DNA of 48,809 nt from a bacterium (GCA_027624865.1 JAQBTT010000002.1:1-48809), one strand, 5' to 3'; shown: positions 37,055 to 46,829, counted from the first letter of the stretch. Translations and numbers: made by a program. The notes: generated by a model not told the origin, from the letters alone.

Positions 37055-37567
37055 TTAAATAGCCTTTCTTCTAAAGAATCTTGCTGCTCCCTTTGGTTCT
37101 TTTTGTCGTGGAGCAATGGACTGCTTCTCCTTTGCGTAAGTTTTTGGAACCTCCTTCTTTGTGCTTGTCGCCTCAATAATCTCTTTTTGTGCGTTCATAG
37201 CTTCTCCTTTCTTTGGCTTTACCGCTTCTGTTCCTTCAATTTCATCTACAACAATAGTGATATGGGAAGTCTTCTTTTGAATCTCAAATGCTTGCCCACG
37301 AGCTCTTGGACGAAATCTTTTTAACTTTGGTCCTTCATTCACAGCAATATGTGAGATGTATAGATTAGCTGCTTTTGCTTGGAAGTTATGCACTGCGGAA
37401 GCAACAGCTGAGTTTAATGTTTTTAACACCGGCAATGCTGAATGTTTTGCAGCAAATTGAAGTAAGGACTGTGCTTCCACAACCTTCTTTCCACGAACAA
37501 GATCCACTGACATGCGAACCTTACGAGGCGCAATTCTTAAATATCTCAATGTTGCTGTTGCTTTCAT
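37055..37567 (-). CDS. rplV: 50S ribosomal protein L22 with C-terminal extension
   Basis: RIAPRKVR, LKRFRPRARG, TSHITI. Confidence 0.96.
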   Translation of the reverse strand: MKATATLRYLRIAPRKVRMSVDLVRGKKVVEAQSLLQFAAKHSALPVLKTLNSAVASAVHNFQAKAANLYISHIAVNEGPKLKRFRPRARGQAFEIQKKTSHITIVVDEIEGTEAVKPKKGEAMNAQKEIIEATSTKKEVPKTYAKEKQSIAPRQKEPKGAARFFRRKAI

Positions 37568-37571
37568 AGTA

Positions 37572-37892
37572 TTACTTCTTTGCTGCAGGAGCCGGGACAA
37601 GTCCTGCCTTTGACTTTTGTTCTGCCTCCTTTTGTATCTTTCCCCCGTGTCTTACAAACTTTGTTGTTGCGGAAAATTCTCCTAACTTATGTCCTACCAT
37701 TTCCTCTACCACTCGCACAGGCACAAAGTCCTTTCCATTATGTACTCCAAAGGTAAACCCAACCATTTCAGGGGTAATCGTAGCTCTTCTTGACCAAGTC
37801 TTAATAACAGTGGAGTCCCCCTGCTTTATGTCCTTGAACTGAGCTATCAAATGCTCATCAATATATGGGCCTTTTTTTAAACTTCGTGCCAT
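37572..37892 (-). CDS. rpsS: 30S ribosomal protein S19
   Basis: [22 protein letters not shown]. Confidence 0.98.
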   Translation of the reverse strand: MARSLKKGPYIDEHLIAQFKDIKQGDSTVIKTWSRRATITPEMVGFTFGVHNGKDFVPVRVVEEMVGHKLGEFSATTKFVRHGGKIQKEAEQKSKAGLVPAPAAKK

Positions 37893-37894
37893 TC

Positions 37895-38674
37895 TTATTT
37901 CTTCTTTTTCTTTTTTCTACGAGATACAATAAGCTTGTCGGACCATTTCTTCTTTCTTGTTTTTACTCCCAACGCATGTTTTCCCCAAGGGGTCTTTGGA
38001 TACTTCATTCCCCTTCCGGTTCTTCCTTCACCACCTCCATGTGGGTGATCCACTGGGTTCATCACGGTTCCTCGAACCGTAGGACGCCACCCCATTTTGC
38101 GACGGGTTCCAGCTTTTTTCAGCACCTTGTACCTATGTTCTGGGTTAGAGATTGATCCTACTGATGCATAGCTCTTTGAAGAAATCTTTCGTGCTTCACC
38201 AGAAGGCATTTGCACCTGTGTGTACCCTGCATCGTGAGCCAATATTTGAGCTGAGGCTCCCGCTCCGCGTACAAGCTTTCCTCCTCGGTCCGGCGCAACT
38301 TCAATATTATATACAACAGTTCCTGTAGGAATATTTGCAAGGCGCATTCTGTTCCCATTTTTTACCTCAGCTTTTTCCTTTGTTATAATCTCCTCCCCTA
38401 CCTTTAAGTCATAGGGGGCAAGAACATATGCTTTCTCTTCATTCTCATATTGCACCAATGCAAGAAGTGAAGTTCGGTTAGGATCATACTCAATAGCAAG
38501 TACTTTTCCTGGCATATTAATATGCAATTGCCCAAAATCAACTGCACGATACATTTTCCTTGCTCCACCTCCACGGTGACGAATGGTGATGCGCCCCGTA
38601 TTGTTTCTCCCTGATTTTGTCTTCAATCGGGAAAGCAATGCTTTTTCAGGCTTTTTCTTTGAAATTATTTTCAT
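37895..38674 (-). CDS. rplB: 50S ribosomal protein L2
   Basis: [35 protein letters not shown]. Confidence 0.97.
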   Translation of the reverse strand: MKIISKKKPEKALLSRLKTKSGRNNTGRITIRHRGGGARKMYRAVDFGQLHINMPGKVLAIEYDPNRTSLLALVQYENEEKAYVLAPYDLKVGEEIITKEKAEVKNGNRMRLANIPTGTVVYNIEVAPDRGGKLVRGAGASAQILAHDAGYTQVQMPSGEARKISSKSYASVGSISNPEHRYKVLKKAGTRRKMGWRPTVRGTVMNPVDHPHGGGEGRTGRGMKYPKTPWGKHALGVKTRKKKWSDKLIVSRRKKKKKK

Positions 38675-38678
38675 GTAA

Positions 38679-39113
38679 TTATCTTGAAATAATATCAAGG
38701 GTTTGTCCCTCTTGTAAATGAACGATAGCCTTTTTCATTCCTGGCTTTACCACTGCTCTCTTTCCAGCACCAATCTTGCGCGCTGGCTTTATTGTCAGAC
38801 GGACCCCTTTTACGCCAACTCCATACAGAGCCTCAACAGATTGCTTCACAGCTCCCTTTGTTGCTGTAGGGTGGACACGAAACACGTACTGCTTTTGCTC
38901 AGCTAGCCAAGATGCTTTCTCTGTAATATGTGGACTCTGCAGTACAGATGAAAGAGCAGGAGTCATCTTCTTCCCTTTACTCTTTACTGCTGGGGCCGCT
39001 TTCTTTACTACTTCATCTTTTTTCTTTGATGTTTCTTTTTTCTCAACCAAAGGGCGCGCAGTTCGCAGCGCAGTTTTCTCTTTTGTTCCCTTTTTAAAAA
39101 GATTAAACGCCAT
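38679..39113 (-). CDS. rplW: 50S ribosomal protein L23 with N-terminal extension
   Basis: PHITEKA, YVFRV, KKAIV.L. Confidence 0.93.
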   Translation of the reverse strand: MAFNLFKKGTKEKTALRTARPLVEKKETSKKKDEVVKKAAPAVKSKGKKMTPALSSVLQSPHITEKASWLAEQKQYVFRVHPTATKGAVKQSVEALYGVGVKGVRLTIKPARKIGAGKRAVVKPGMKKAIVHLQEGQTLDIISR

Positions 39114-39114
39114 G

Positions 39115-39744
39115 TTAGCTCAAAAATGTTTCCTCAATTACTTTTAAAGATTCTTTTGGCAAAACAATGTAGGTAATTTGGGTGAGCAACAATGCGCTCA
39201 ATTCTCTTGCCTGCACGGTTTGTACATAAGGAATGTTTTGTGCCGCGCGAATAATCTTTTCGTCCATTGTAGGCAATACAAGCAATGTGCTCTTTTTCTC
39301 AAAAGGAAGTCCATTGAGTATTGCAACTAAGTCCTTTGTCTTTGCCTTCTCTATATTTAGGGAATCCAAAACAATGACCTGCTTTTGTCGGAGTTTCTCA
39401 GACAAAACAGTAAATAAGGCCTTTCTTCTCATTTTCACGTTCAATTTTCGCTTGTAGTTTCGCTCTGCTGTTGGTCCGTGAGTAACTCCACCTCCACTCC
39501 AAATAGGAGAGCGGATAGAGCCATGACGAGCTCGTCCTGTGCCCTTTTGACGCCAAGGCTTCTTTCCACCTCCACTCACTTCACTTCGGTCCTTTACTTT
39601 TGCTGATACCTGTCGTTGGTTCCCCATCTGAATAACTGTAACCTGCTGCAGCAAATCATCATTTCGTGCAACATCAAAAATCTTCTTTGCAAGCTCCAAC
39701 TCCTCAACTTTCTCTCCTTTTATGTTGATAACTGCTTGTTTCAT
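39115..39744 (-). CDS. rplD: 50S ribosomal protein L4
   Basis: GGGKKPWRQKGTGRARHGS. Confidence 0.97.
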   Translation of the reverse strand: MKQAVINIKGEKVEELELAKKIFDVARNDDLLQQVTVIQMGNQRQVSAKVKDRSEVSGGGKKPWRQKGTGRARHGSIRSPIWSGGGVTHGPTAERNYKRKLNVKMRRKALFTVLSEKLRQKQVIVLDSLNIEKAKTKDLVAILNGLPFEKKSTLLVLPTMDEKIIRAAQNIPYVQTVQARELSALLLTQITYIVLPKESLKVIEETFLS

Positions 39745-40301
39745 ACTTTTCCTTCAATAAAAAGGAGCGTGCCTGGACGACCAGGTACAGCTCCTTTTAC
39801 TGAGAGTGTATTGCTTTCAATATCAATTTGCACTATTTTAAGGTTTTTCACTGCAATCCTATCTCCTCCCATTCTTCCAGGCATACGTCTTCCTTTAATA
39901 ACTCGCTGTGGATACCTACTCCCAACAGATCCAATGGTTCGATGTTCGTGCTTTACACCATGTGAAGCGCTCTTTCCGTGCATTCCGTGTCGTTTTACAC
40001 CTCCTTGAAATCCCTTCCCTTTGGAAATACCAGATACTTTTACGCTATCCCCTTCCTCAAATATAGAAATAGTCGCCTCATCTCCAACCTCCAAAGCAGT
40101 TCCCTTAATCTCTTTTATTGCTTTAAACCCTTTTTTCTTCTTTGGCTCAAATCCAACCTGAATTGCCTCATACCCATTAACTTCCATAGTGAGCTTTCGC
40201 AAAACAGAAATAGGCCCAGCTTCAATAACGGTCACAGGAATGACTTTATCTTCTTTAAATATCTGGGTCATACCCAATTTTCTTCCTAGTATGCTTTTCA
40301 T
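39741..40301 (-). CDS. rplC: 50S ribosomal protein L3
   Basis: GRKLGMTQIF, SKGKGFQG.VKR, KGAVPG. Confidence 0.97.
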   Translation of the reverse strand: MKSILGRKLGMTQIFKEDKVIPVTVIEAGPISVLRKLTMEVNGYEAIQVGFEPKKKKGFKAIKEIKGTALEVGDEATISIFEEGDSVKVSGISKGKGFQGGVKRHGMHGKSASHGVKHEHRTIGSVGSRYPQRVIKGRRMPGRMGGDRIAVKNLKIVQIDIESNTLSVKGAVPGRPGTLLFIEGKV

Positions 40302-40409
40302 AAATGGTTTATATCTTTACAACAAAACACCGGACCTAACCCGGTGCTCAAAAAAGCTTTCGGTTAAACCCTCACTGCTCACAAGGCTAGCTTAGTGTTC
40401 ACAAAATAG

Positions 40410-40438
40410 AGTATATATCAATGACAAAAGAATGTCAA
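40410..40438 (-). promoter_or_regulatory. sigma70 promoter for the rplC operon
   Basis: TTGACA-17 bp-TATACT. Confidence 0.8.
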
Positions 40439-40644
40439 TAACAAAAAGGGTTGGGGAAGAGGAGGAAGGCTTGGAGCGGTAGCTCAACAAAGCGCATGCC
40501 CCTCCTGGACGAGTCATGTCGCCCAGTCCCGCTTTCCCTATACCATCTTTAAAATAATAAGCAAGATGATGTACGAGATGAGTTCAAATGAAAAGCCCCG
40601 TTTTTCTTCACGGGGCTTTGTTCTCTCTTAAGCTATGGGGCATC

Positions 40645-40872
40645 TTATGCACTTTCTTGAGCAGCCTCTTGCATCCGCTCCTTCCGTTCCCCTTCTGTAA
40701 GTCCCCGCCCCCACCATTTAGGACAACTTCCATCAGGGCAAAGATGCACGTCAGGCTCGCTACAGGTGCCACAGAGAGACAGGCCACACCCACCACCAAC
40801 TGGGCAAGACCATTCCATTCCTCCAGTTGGCTGCGCGCATTGCCCGCAAACTCTTACCTCAGGCATCTTCAT
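40645..40872 (-). CDS. small Cys-rich (putative Zn-binding) protein
   Basis: GGAGG RBS; CxxC...C..C..CxxC..H.C...C; terminator hairpin at ~40591-40620. Confidence 0.6.
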   Translation of the reverse strand: MKMPEVRVCGQCAQPTGGMEWSCPVGGGCGLSLCGTCSEPDVHLCPDGSCPKWWGRGLTEGERKERMQEAAQESA

Positions 40873-41059
40873 CCTACCTCCAAGCTACCAAGTCTAATCT
40901 ATTCATACCACTCTCATCTAAGAAATCAACTTTATTAAAAAATCACCTAAATGGCAATTCTCTCTTAGTACCCATATATCAATACCACACCATGGTATGG
41001 TGTGGTATTGGTACAAGATAAAAAGTACCAGAGGTATCTGTTAATATCTTAACTAGAGC

Positions 41060-41084
41060 GCGGCCGAGAACTGTTCTCGGCCGC
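41060..41084. repeat. palindrome GCGGCCGAGAAC-T-GTTCTCGGCCGC, copy 1
   Basis: Perfect 12-bp arms; repeated at 41759-41787. Confidence 0.85.
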
Positions 41085-41187
41085 CCAAGCTTCGCTAAGC
41101 TTAACTAGGTTTAGGAGGATTAAAAACAAAAAAAGAAAGCCTCGCACAGGATTATTGCCGTGTGCGAGGCTTTTTGAAACGCATATC

Positions 41188-41508
41188 TCATGCAGTCAAA
41201 AGAACGGGATTGCCCAAGCTGTTATGAAGCGCCTCAACGACTATTGGCGGGCTGGCCGGAACAAACACTCGTTGAAGCTTTGGAGCCTCCAAAACAGAAC
41301 CCCATGCCTTTGCTCCTTGTACCGCGCGCAAAAGTGTTCTACGAAGAGCCCTGGAAGAAGTACAAAAGATATAGGAATCTGCACCCCAAAGTCCAAACTC
41401 AAGGCCGGGAATGCGAACTATCCAAAGAAAACCGTCGTTTTCTGGAAAGAGCCATATCTCTGGCTCACTTGTTATTTCCTGAAGCTGGATGGTCAACATG
41501 GTCAACAT
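41188..41508 (-). CDS. hypothetical protein
   Basis: Own promoter TTGACT-17-TAATCT (41556-41584), GGGGAGGG RBS, terminator at ~41137-41175. Confidence 0.6.
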   Translation of the reverse strand: MLTMLTIQLQEITSEPEIWLFPENDGFLWIVRIPGLEFGLWGADSYIFCTSSRALRRTLLRAVQGAKAWGSVLEAPKLQRVFVPASPPIVVEALHNSLGNPVLLTA

Positions 41509-41703
41509 AGTATCCCTCCCCTGCTTTCTATTCGTGTGGTAAAACGCTTTCACCCAGATTACGCAACTTCACCGCTATAGTCAACACAGCTAAACCAAAA
41601 ACCCGCCCACATGGCGATTCTGTAAAACTTGCTCCGAGCAAGGTGGGGATAACTTAGCCTGACTAAGTTTGAATAACTAAATTCGGTTTAGCTTTCTGCA
41701 ATG

Positions 41704-41787
41704 CTGGGCTGGGCTAAGACTGTCTTAGCCCAGCCCAGTACGCGTTCGCCTATCCAGAGGGCGGCCGAGAACTGTTCTCGGCCGCCC
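41704..41787. repeat. two adjacent perfect palindromes centred on ACTGT
   Basis: 41704-41738 (17-bp arms) and 41759-41787 (14-bp arms). Confidence 0.85.
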
Positions 41788-41953
41788 AATGTTGCTCCCC
41801 TTGCAGAACGTACTAAGAACTTTTGAGTGGATGAGTATAAAGGAAAAAATGAGGAAATTTCCTTCTTTTATGCAAAAGAAAGCCCGAGTTGCCATTGCTA
41901 CTCGGGCTCTTGATTCTTCGTTTCTCATCTCGTCAACTGTAAAGATTCACAAA

Positions 41954-42208
41954 CTACGGCCAACCCTTCTTGGCTACTATTCGGTGGGTGATGGAACCAA
42001 ACAGTAGTCCAGCGAGTCCACCAATGAGTACGCCAACACCGATGCTGTCCCCTCTAACAGATTCAGAAAGAAGACATAGGGCAAGCATGACAAGCATGCC
42101 TAGCACCACCCCACCAAGAACTCCTAAAAGTTCTCTCGAGAAGACGTCGAAAAAAAGATGTGCGACAAAGTACAGCGGTACAGCGAGCTTTACTGGATTA
42201 TCATTCAT
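41954..42208 (-). CDS. small membrane protein
   Basis: GGGAG RBS before ATG 42208; 2-3 Gly-rich hydrophobic helices. Confidence 0.55.
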   Translation of the reverse strand: MNDNPVKLAVPLYFVAHLFFDVFSRELLGVLGGVVLGMLVMLALCLLSESVRGDSIGVGVLIGGLAGLLFGSITHRIVAKKGWP

Positions 42209-42346
42209 GATAACTCCCTTCCCAATCATAGGATCACTATCGTGTCTTGCCATTATACCTATTCTCTCTTGTAATTCAATGAAGGCTACGCTACCAAAAA
42301 ACCGCCCCGAAAGGGGCAGTTCTTTCAAACTAAGCTTAGCTTAGTT

Positions 42347-42691
42347 CTACATCTTTATCTCTATATCAACTCCGGCTGGAAGATTGAGGTTCGTTAGAGC
42401 TTCAATCACCTTAGGATTTGGAGCGAGAATATCAATGATTCTCTTATGTGTTCGCATCTCGTACTGTTCTCGTGCATCCTTATGCACAAAGGAAGAACGG
42501 TTTACCGTGTACTTTTTAATAGCCGTTGGCAAAGGAACAGGACCTACAGCCTCACATCCATATCTTAAAACAGTATCAATAATCTGCTTTGAAGAAGCAT
42601 CTATGACTTTGTGGTCGTAAGCTGAGATTTTAATCCTCAACTTTTGCTGCAAGGGAGCTGTCTTTTCTGTTTTTTGTTTTGTAGCGGGCAT
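42347..42691 (-). CDS. rpsJ: 30S ribosomal protein S10
   Basis: RIKISAYDH, GPVPLPT, REQYEMRTHKR. Confidence 0.98.
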   Translation of the reverse strand: MPATKQKTEKTAPLQQKLRIKISAYDHKVIDASSKQIIDTVLRYGCEAVGPVPLPTAIKKYTVNRSSFVHKDAREQYEMRTHKRIIDILAPNPKVIEALTNLNLPAGVDIEIKM

Positions 42692-42720
42692 AAAAGGTAC
42701 AGGCTAAGCGAGATAAAGAA

Positions 42721-43914
42721 TTACGCAATAATCTTACTTACAACTCCGGCTCCTACGGTCTTTCCACCTTCACGAATAGCGAATCTTTGATTCTCTTCCA
42801 TTGCAATAGGCACCAGAAGCTTTACCTTAAAGTTTACGGTGTCTCCTGGCATTACCATTTCAACTCCCTCTGCAAGTTCAACGTCACCGGTTACGTCCGT
42901 GGTTCTAAAATAAAACTGTGGCTTGTATCCTTTAAAGAATGGGGTGTGTCTTCCACCTTCCTCTTTTGCCAAAATGTATACCTCTGCTTGAAACTCGGTG
43001 TGAGGAGTTACAGACCCTGGCTTTGCCAAAATCTGCCCTCTCTCAATGTCGTCTTTCTTTGTACCACGCAAGAGAATACCAACGTTGTCTCCCGCTCGTC
43101 CCTCGTCCAAAGACTTGTTAAACATCTCAACTGAGACAACAACGGTCTTGCTCGTTGGCTTAATACCAATTATTTCAATTTCTTCGTTTGAGTTTACAAT
43201 ACCTCTCTCAATTCTTCCGGTAGCTACCGTTCCTCTTCCTTCAATGGAGAAGACATCTTCAACAGCCATAAGGAAAGGCTTGTCTATCTCACGAACGGGT
43301 TCTGGAATGTATTCGTCTACCTTAGCCATAAGTTCCAAGATAGGCTTTACCGCTTCGTCGTCAACGGAAGTTGCTGCCAATGCCTTTAAGGCAGAGCCTC
43401 GAATTACAGGAGTAGTATCTCCAGGGAATTGATATTTGTTTAAAAGCTCTCGTACTTCAGACTCTACCAAGTCTGCAATTTCAGGATCGTCTACCATGTC
43501 AATTTTGTTTAGAAATACAATGATAGATGGGATTCCAACCTGACGCGCCAAAAGAATATGCTCTCTGGTTTGAGGCATAGGTCCGTCTGGAGCAGAAACC
43601 ACCAAAATGGCTCCGTCCATTTGAGCGGCACCTGTGATCATGTTTTTAATGTAGTCTGCGTGACCAGGAGCATCAATATGCGCGTAGTGACGTGCATCAG
43701 TTTCATACTCCAAGTGAGCAATGTTAATGGTGATTCCTCTTTGCTTTTCTTCTGGAGCAGCATCAATCTGATCAATGGATTTCTCTGTAACCCTCTTTCC
43801 TGCCAACTTTAATGAATGCAAAATATCTGCAGACAATGTTGTCTTCCCGTGATCAACGTGACCAATAGTTCCGATATTAACGTGGGGCTTTGTTCGCTCA
43901 AATTTTTCTGCCAT
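42721..43914 (-). CDS. tuf: elongation factor Tu
   Basis: [33 protein letters not shown]. Confidence 0.99.
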   Translation of the reverse strand: MAEKFERTKPHVNIGTIGHVDHGKTTLSADILHSLKLAGKRVTEKSIDQIDAAPEEKQRGITINIAHLEYETDARHYAHIDAPGHADYIKNMITGAAQMDGAILVVSAPDGPMPQTREHILLARQVGIPSIIVFLNKIDMVDDPEIADLVESEVRELLNKYQFPGDTTPVIRGSALKALAATSVDDEAVKPILELMAKVDEYIPEPVREIDKPFLMAVEDVFSIEGRGTVATGRIERGIVNSNEEIEIIGIKPTSKTVVVSVEMFNKSLDEGRAGDNVGILLRGTKKDDIERGQILAKPGSVTPHTEFQAEVYILAKEEGGRHTPFFKGYKPQFYFRTTDVTGDVELAEGVEMVMPGDTVNFKVKLLVPIAMEENQRFAIREGGKTVGAGVVSKIIA

Positions 43915-43960
43915 AAGTTTTTTCTATTAGCTTTTATTAGTATTACTTAGTTCTTACGTA

Positions 43961-44170
43961 TCATAGAGGTAAATCGTCAATTGTCAACTCCCCAGCACCT
44001 CGCTCTACATCTTCCTCTTGATAAAAAGGCTCGGCCTCCTCTTTATCTCCATTCTCAATCTCCCTATCATCCACATACGGAGCAATGATCATCACCGGCT
44101 CTCCATTCTCAACAATGATAATCTTCCCTTTATCCTTTCGCAGTATCCTCTTTAAATCTTCAAGATCCAT
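43961..44170 (-). CDS. small acidic hypothetical protein (Phd-like N-terminus)
   Basis: 69 aa; 'KIIIVENGEPVMII' resembles the Phd/YefM DNA-binding segment. Confidence 0.6.
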   Translation of the reverse strand: MDLEDLKRILRKDKGKIIIVENGEPVMIIAPYVDDREIENGDKEEAEPFYQEEDVERGAGELTIDDLPL

Positions 44171-44173
44171 AGG

Positions 44174-44313
44174 CTTTTACTTCTTAAAAGAAATTCGAAT
44201 ATCGAATATCGAAATTAGAAACAAATACAAAAATTCTAATGTTCCAAGTTGAAAGCTTTTTATATTTTGGGTTTTAGTCATTGGGATTTGTTTCGGATTT
44301 CGTGCTTCGGGTT
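44174..44313. repeat. heptamer-repeat quasi-palindrome
   Basis: Homologous to 16862-17008 (shared cttttacttc.taaaagaaa, ttcggatttcgtgcttcgg). Confidence 0.8.
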
Positions 44314-46452
44314 TTATCTCCTCTTACCGTCTATTATCTCTTGCGCAATATTTACTGGTACCTCCTCGTAGGTATCGAACTCCATAGTAAAGGTTCCGCG
44401 CCCTTCAGTCAAGGACCTTAGGTTGGTCGCATACCCAAACATCTCAGCTAATGGAATCTTTACATTCACTACCTTCAAGTTTACCCTATCAAACGTTTCA
44501 TCAATCTTGCCTCTTCGCGATGATAAATCTCCAATAACATCTCCAAGAAAATCAGGAGGAATCACTACCTCAAGACTCATCACAGGTTCAAGGAGCATTG
44601 CTCCTGCTTTCTTTGCTGCTGATTGAAAGGCAATGGAGGCTGCAATCTTAAACGCAAATTCAGAGGAGTCTACTTCGTGAAAGGAACCATCATATAGCGT
44701 TGCCTTAATATCAATCATGGGGTACCCAGCTACCACTCCCTTATCCATTGCTTCCTTAATCCCCTTTTCTACAGCTGGAATATATTCGTGAGGAATTGAA
44801 CCACCTTTAATTTCATTTACATACTCAAATCCTTCCCCTCTCTCCTTTGGAGCAACGCGCAAGAGAACGTGTCCATACTGACCACGACCTCCTGACTGAC
44901 GTATGTACTTTTCCTCAGCTTGACCATCTGTCTTAATCGTCTCTTTGTATGCCACCTGAGGTCTCCCAACGTTTGCTGTAACATCAAACTCCCGCTTCAT
45001 TCTATCTACGATAATTTCCAAGTGCAGCTCCCCCATCCCAGAGATAATAGTATCTCCGGTTTCCTGGTCAGAGGAAACTCGCAATGTTGGATCCTCATCC
45101 GACAAACGTTTAAGCGCCATTCCCATCTTCTCTTGGTCAACTTTTGTTGCAGGTTCTATGCGAACTGAGATAACAGGCTCAGGGAAGCTAATTTGCTCAA
45201 GTAAAATGGGACTGCCCTCATCAGCCAACGTATGCCCTGTAGTGGTGTTTTTAAGGCCCACAGTGGCAGCAATATCTCCTGCAAAGAGTTCATCTACATC
45301 TTCTCTCTCGTTTGCATGCATTCTTAAGATTCGAGCAATTCTCTCTTTCTCTCCAGTGGTAACGTTTAGTACGTATGAACCCTTTTTTAACGTTCCAGAG
45401 TACACTCGAAAGTATGTTAAGGCACCTACAAAAGGATCAGTTGCAACCTTAAAAGCAAGAGAGGAAAAGGGTTCATCATCCGCAGCATGGCGCTCAATCT
45501 CCTCACCAGATTTTGGATTAATTCCCTTAATGGGTGGAACATCTACGGGAGAAGGAAGGTAATCTACTACTCCATCTAGCATAAGTTGGACTCCTTTGTT
45601 TTTTAAAGAAGAACCTACAAAGACAGGGACCAACTTGTTTGCCAGCGTTGCTTCTCGCAATACCTTTTTAATCTCGTCTGCTGGGATTTCCTCACCTGCA
45701 ATATATTTATTCATTAAGTTCTCATTTTCCCCAGCTACCTTCTCCATGAGCTTCTCTCGCCATTCCTTTGCTTTTTCTGTAAGGTCCGCTGGAATCTCTT
45801 CTTCTACAATTGTTTCTCCAAAGACTCCATCAAAAGAGTAAGCCTTCATTTTGATGAGATCTATGCACTTGGTGAACTTATCTTCCTCTCCATTGGGAAA
45901 TTGCACTGCAACAGCATTTTTGGTAAGTTTCTCTCCAATGGAAGCAAAGCTCTTTTCAAAGGAAGCTCCCATACGATCCAACTTGTTGATAAAGCAGATG
46001 CGGGGAACTTCAAACTTATCAGCCTGACGCCATACGGTTTCTGACTGGGGTTCCACTCCCGCTACCCCATCAAAAAGCACTACAGCTCCATCCAATACTC
46101 GAAGTGAGCGTTGTACCTCTACGGTAAAATCAATATGCCCTGGGGTATCAATAATATTAATACGATATTCGTGTTCTTTTCTGCGTTTTTCTGCGTCCTG
46201 GTCTGCGTTTTTCTGCGTGCCAACGTAAGTTGGCAACCAAAAGCATGTAGTAGCAGCTGAGGTAATGGTAATACCTCGCTCTCGTTCTTGAGCCATCCAG
46301 TCCATAACAGCGGCGCCTTCATGCACCTCCCCTATTTTGTGTGAAATACCTGTATAAAACAAAATACGCTCGGTAGTAGTCGTCTTACCAGCATCAATAT
46401 GAGCAATAATACCGATATCTCTTATTTTTTCAATTGGATATACGCGTGGCAT
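44314..46452 (-). CDS. fusA: elongation factor G
   Basis: [34 protein letters not shown]. Confidence 0.99.
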   Translation of the reverse strand: MPRVYPIEKIRDIGIIAHIDAGKTTTTERILFYTGISHKIGEVHEGAAVMDWMAQERERGITITSAATTCFWLPTYVGTQKNADQDAEKRRKEHEYRINIIDTPGHIDFTVEVQRSLRVLDGAVVLFDGVAGVEPQSETVWRQADKFEVPRICFINKLDRMGASFEKSFASIGEKLTKNAVAVQFPNGEEDKFTKCIDLIKMKAYSFDGVFGETIVEEEIPADLTEKAKEWREKLMEKVAGENENLMNKYIAGEEIPADEIKKVLREATLANKLVPVFVGSSLKNKGVQLMLDGVVDYLPSPVDVPPIKGINPKSGEEIERHAADDEPFSSLAFKVATDPFVGALTYFRVYSGTLKKGSYVLNVTTGEKERIARILRMHANEREDVDELFAGDIAATVGLKNTTTGHTLADEGSPILLEQISFPEPVISVRIEPATKVDQEKMGMALKRLSDEDPTLRVSSDQETGDTIISGMGELHLEIIVDRMKREFDVTANVGRPQVAYKETIKTDGQAEEKYIRQSGGRGQYGHVLLRVAPKERGEGFEYVNEIKGGSIPHEYIPAVEKGIKEAMDKGVVAGYPMIDIKATLYDGSFHEVDSSEFAFKIAASIAFQSAAKKAGAMLLEPVMSLEVVIPPDFLGDVIGDLSSRRGKIDETFDRVNLKVVNVKIPLAEMFGYATNLRSLTEGRGTFTMEFDTYEEVPVNIAQEIIDGKRR

Positions 46453-46491
46453 ATTAGTTATGAGTATTAAATACTTGCGAATGTTGATGTA

Positions 46492-46573
46492 AGAGAGGGG
46501 TCGGGAGAGAAGTATTCTCTCCCGTGGCGGAAATATTAAAACCGAGGGGTTTTAAGGAGCGAGGGACGAGCGA
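46492..46573. mobile_element. family H core, copy 3
   Basis: Reverse complement matches 13360-13429 (cgctccttaaaacccctcgg...cccgacccctctct) with one mismatch. Confidence 0.88.
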
Positions 46574-46636
46574 CGCGTCGATATGGGCGATAATCCCAAT
46601 ATCACGGATTTGCTCTATAGGATATTGTCTTGGCAT
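46574..46636 (-). pseudogene. orphan duplicate of the first 21 codons of fusA
   Basis: [21 protein letters not shown] vs live [21 protein letters not shown]. Confidence 0.92.
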
Positions 46637-46674
46637 ATAGGAATTAGGAATTAGGTTGTAGGTTGTAGGTTGTA

Positions 46675-46829
46675 GGAGGCGAGGCAATGAATTTTTAACA
46701 AGCTCGCGCAGGCGATTTGGCATGGTCTCCGAGCTTGCCGAGGAGAAAACTTCCGAGGGTGCAGCTCCCAATTTGCGCTGGCGAATTGAGGAGCGGTTCT
46801 CAAGAAAACAGCATCCAAGCATCATCTCC
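46675..46829. repeat. family A structured element, copy 3
   Basis: ggcatggtc..ccgagggtgcagctcccaatttgc..gcgaattgaggagcggttc. Confidence 0.8.

Noticed and set aside
40321..40545. SRP RNA or other known ncRNA
   Set aside because: The SRP helix-8 motif (CAGG-GNRA-AGCAG) is absent, and the GC-rich 40445-40540 stretch could not be assigned.
46718..46795. HDV-like ribozyme (GGCATGGTC, TTCCGAGGG, CGCTGGCG words)
   Set aside because: The words are in the wrong order and no double pseudoknot could be built; only GGCATGGTC is conserved in all copies.
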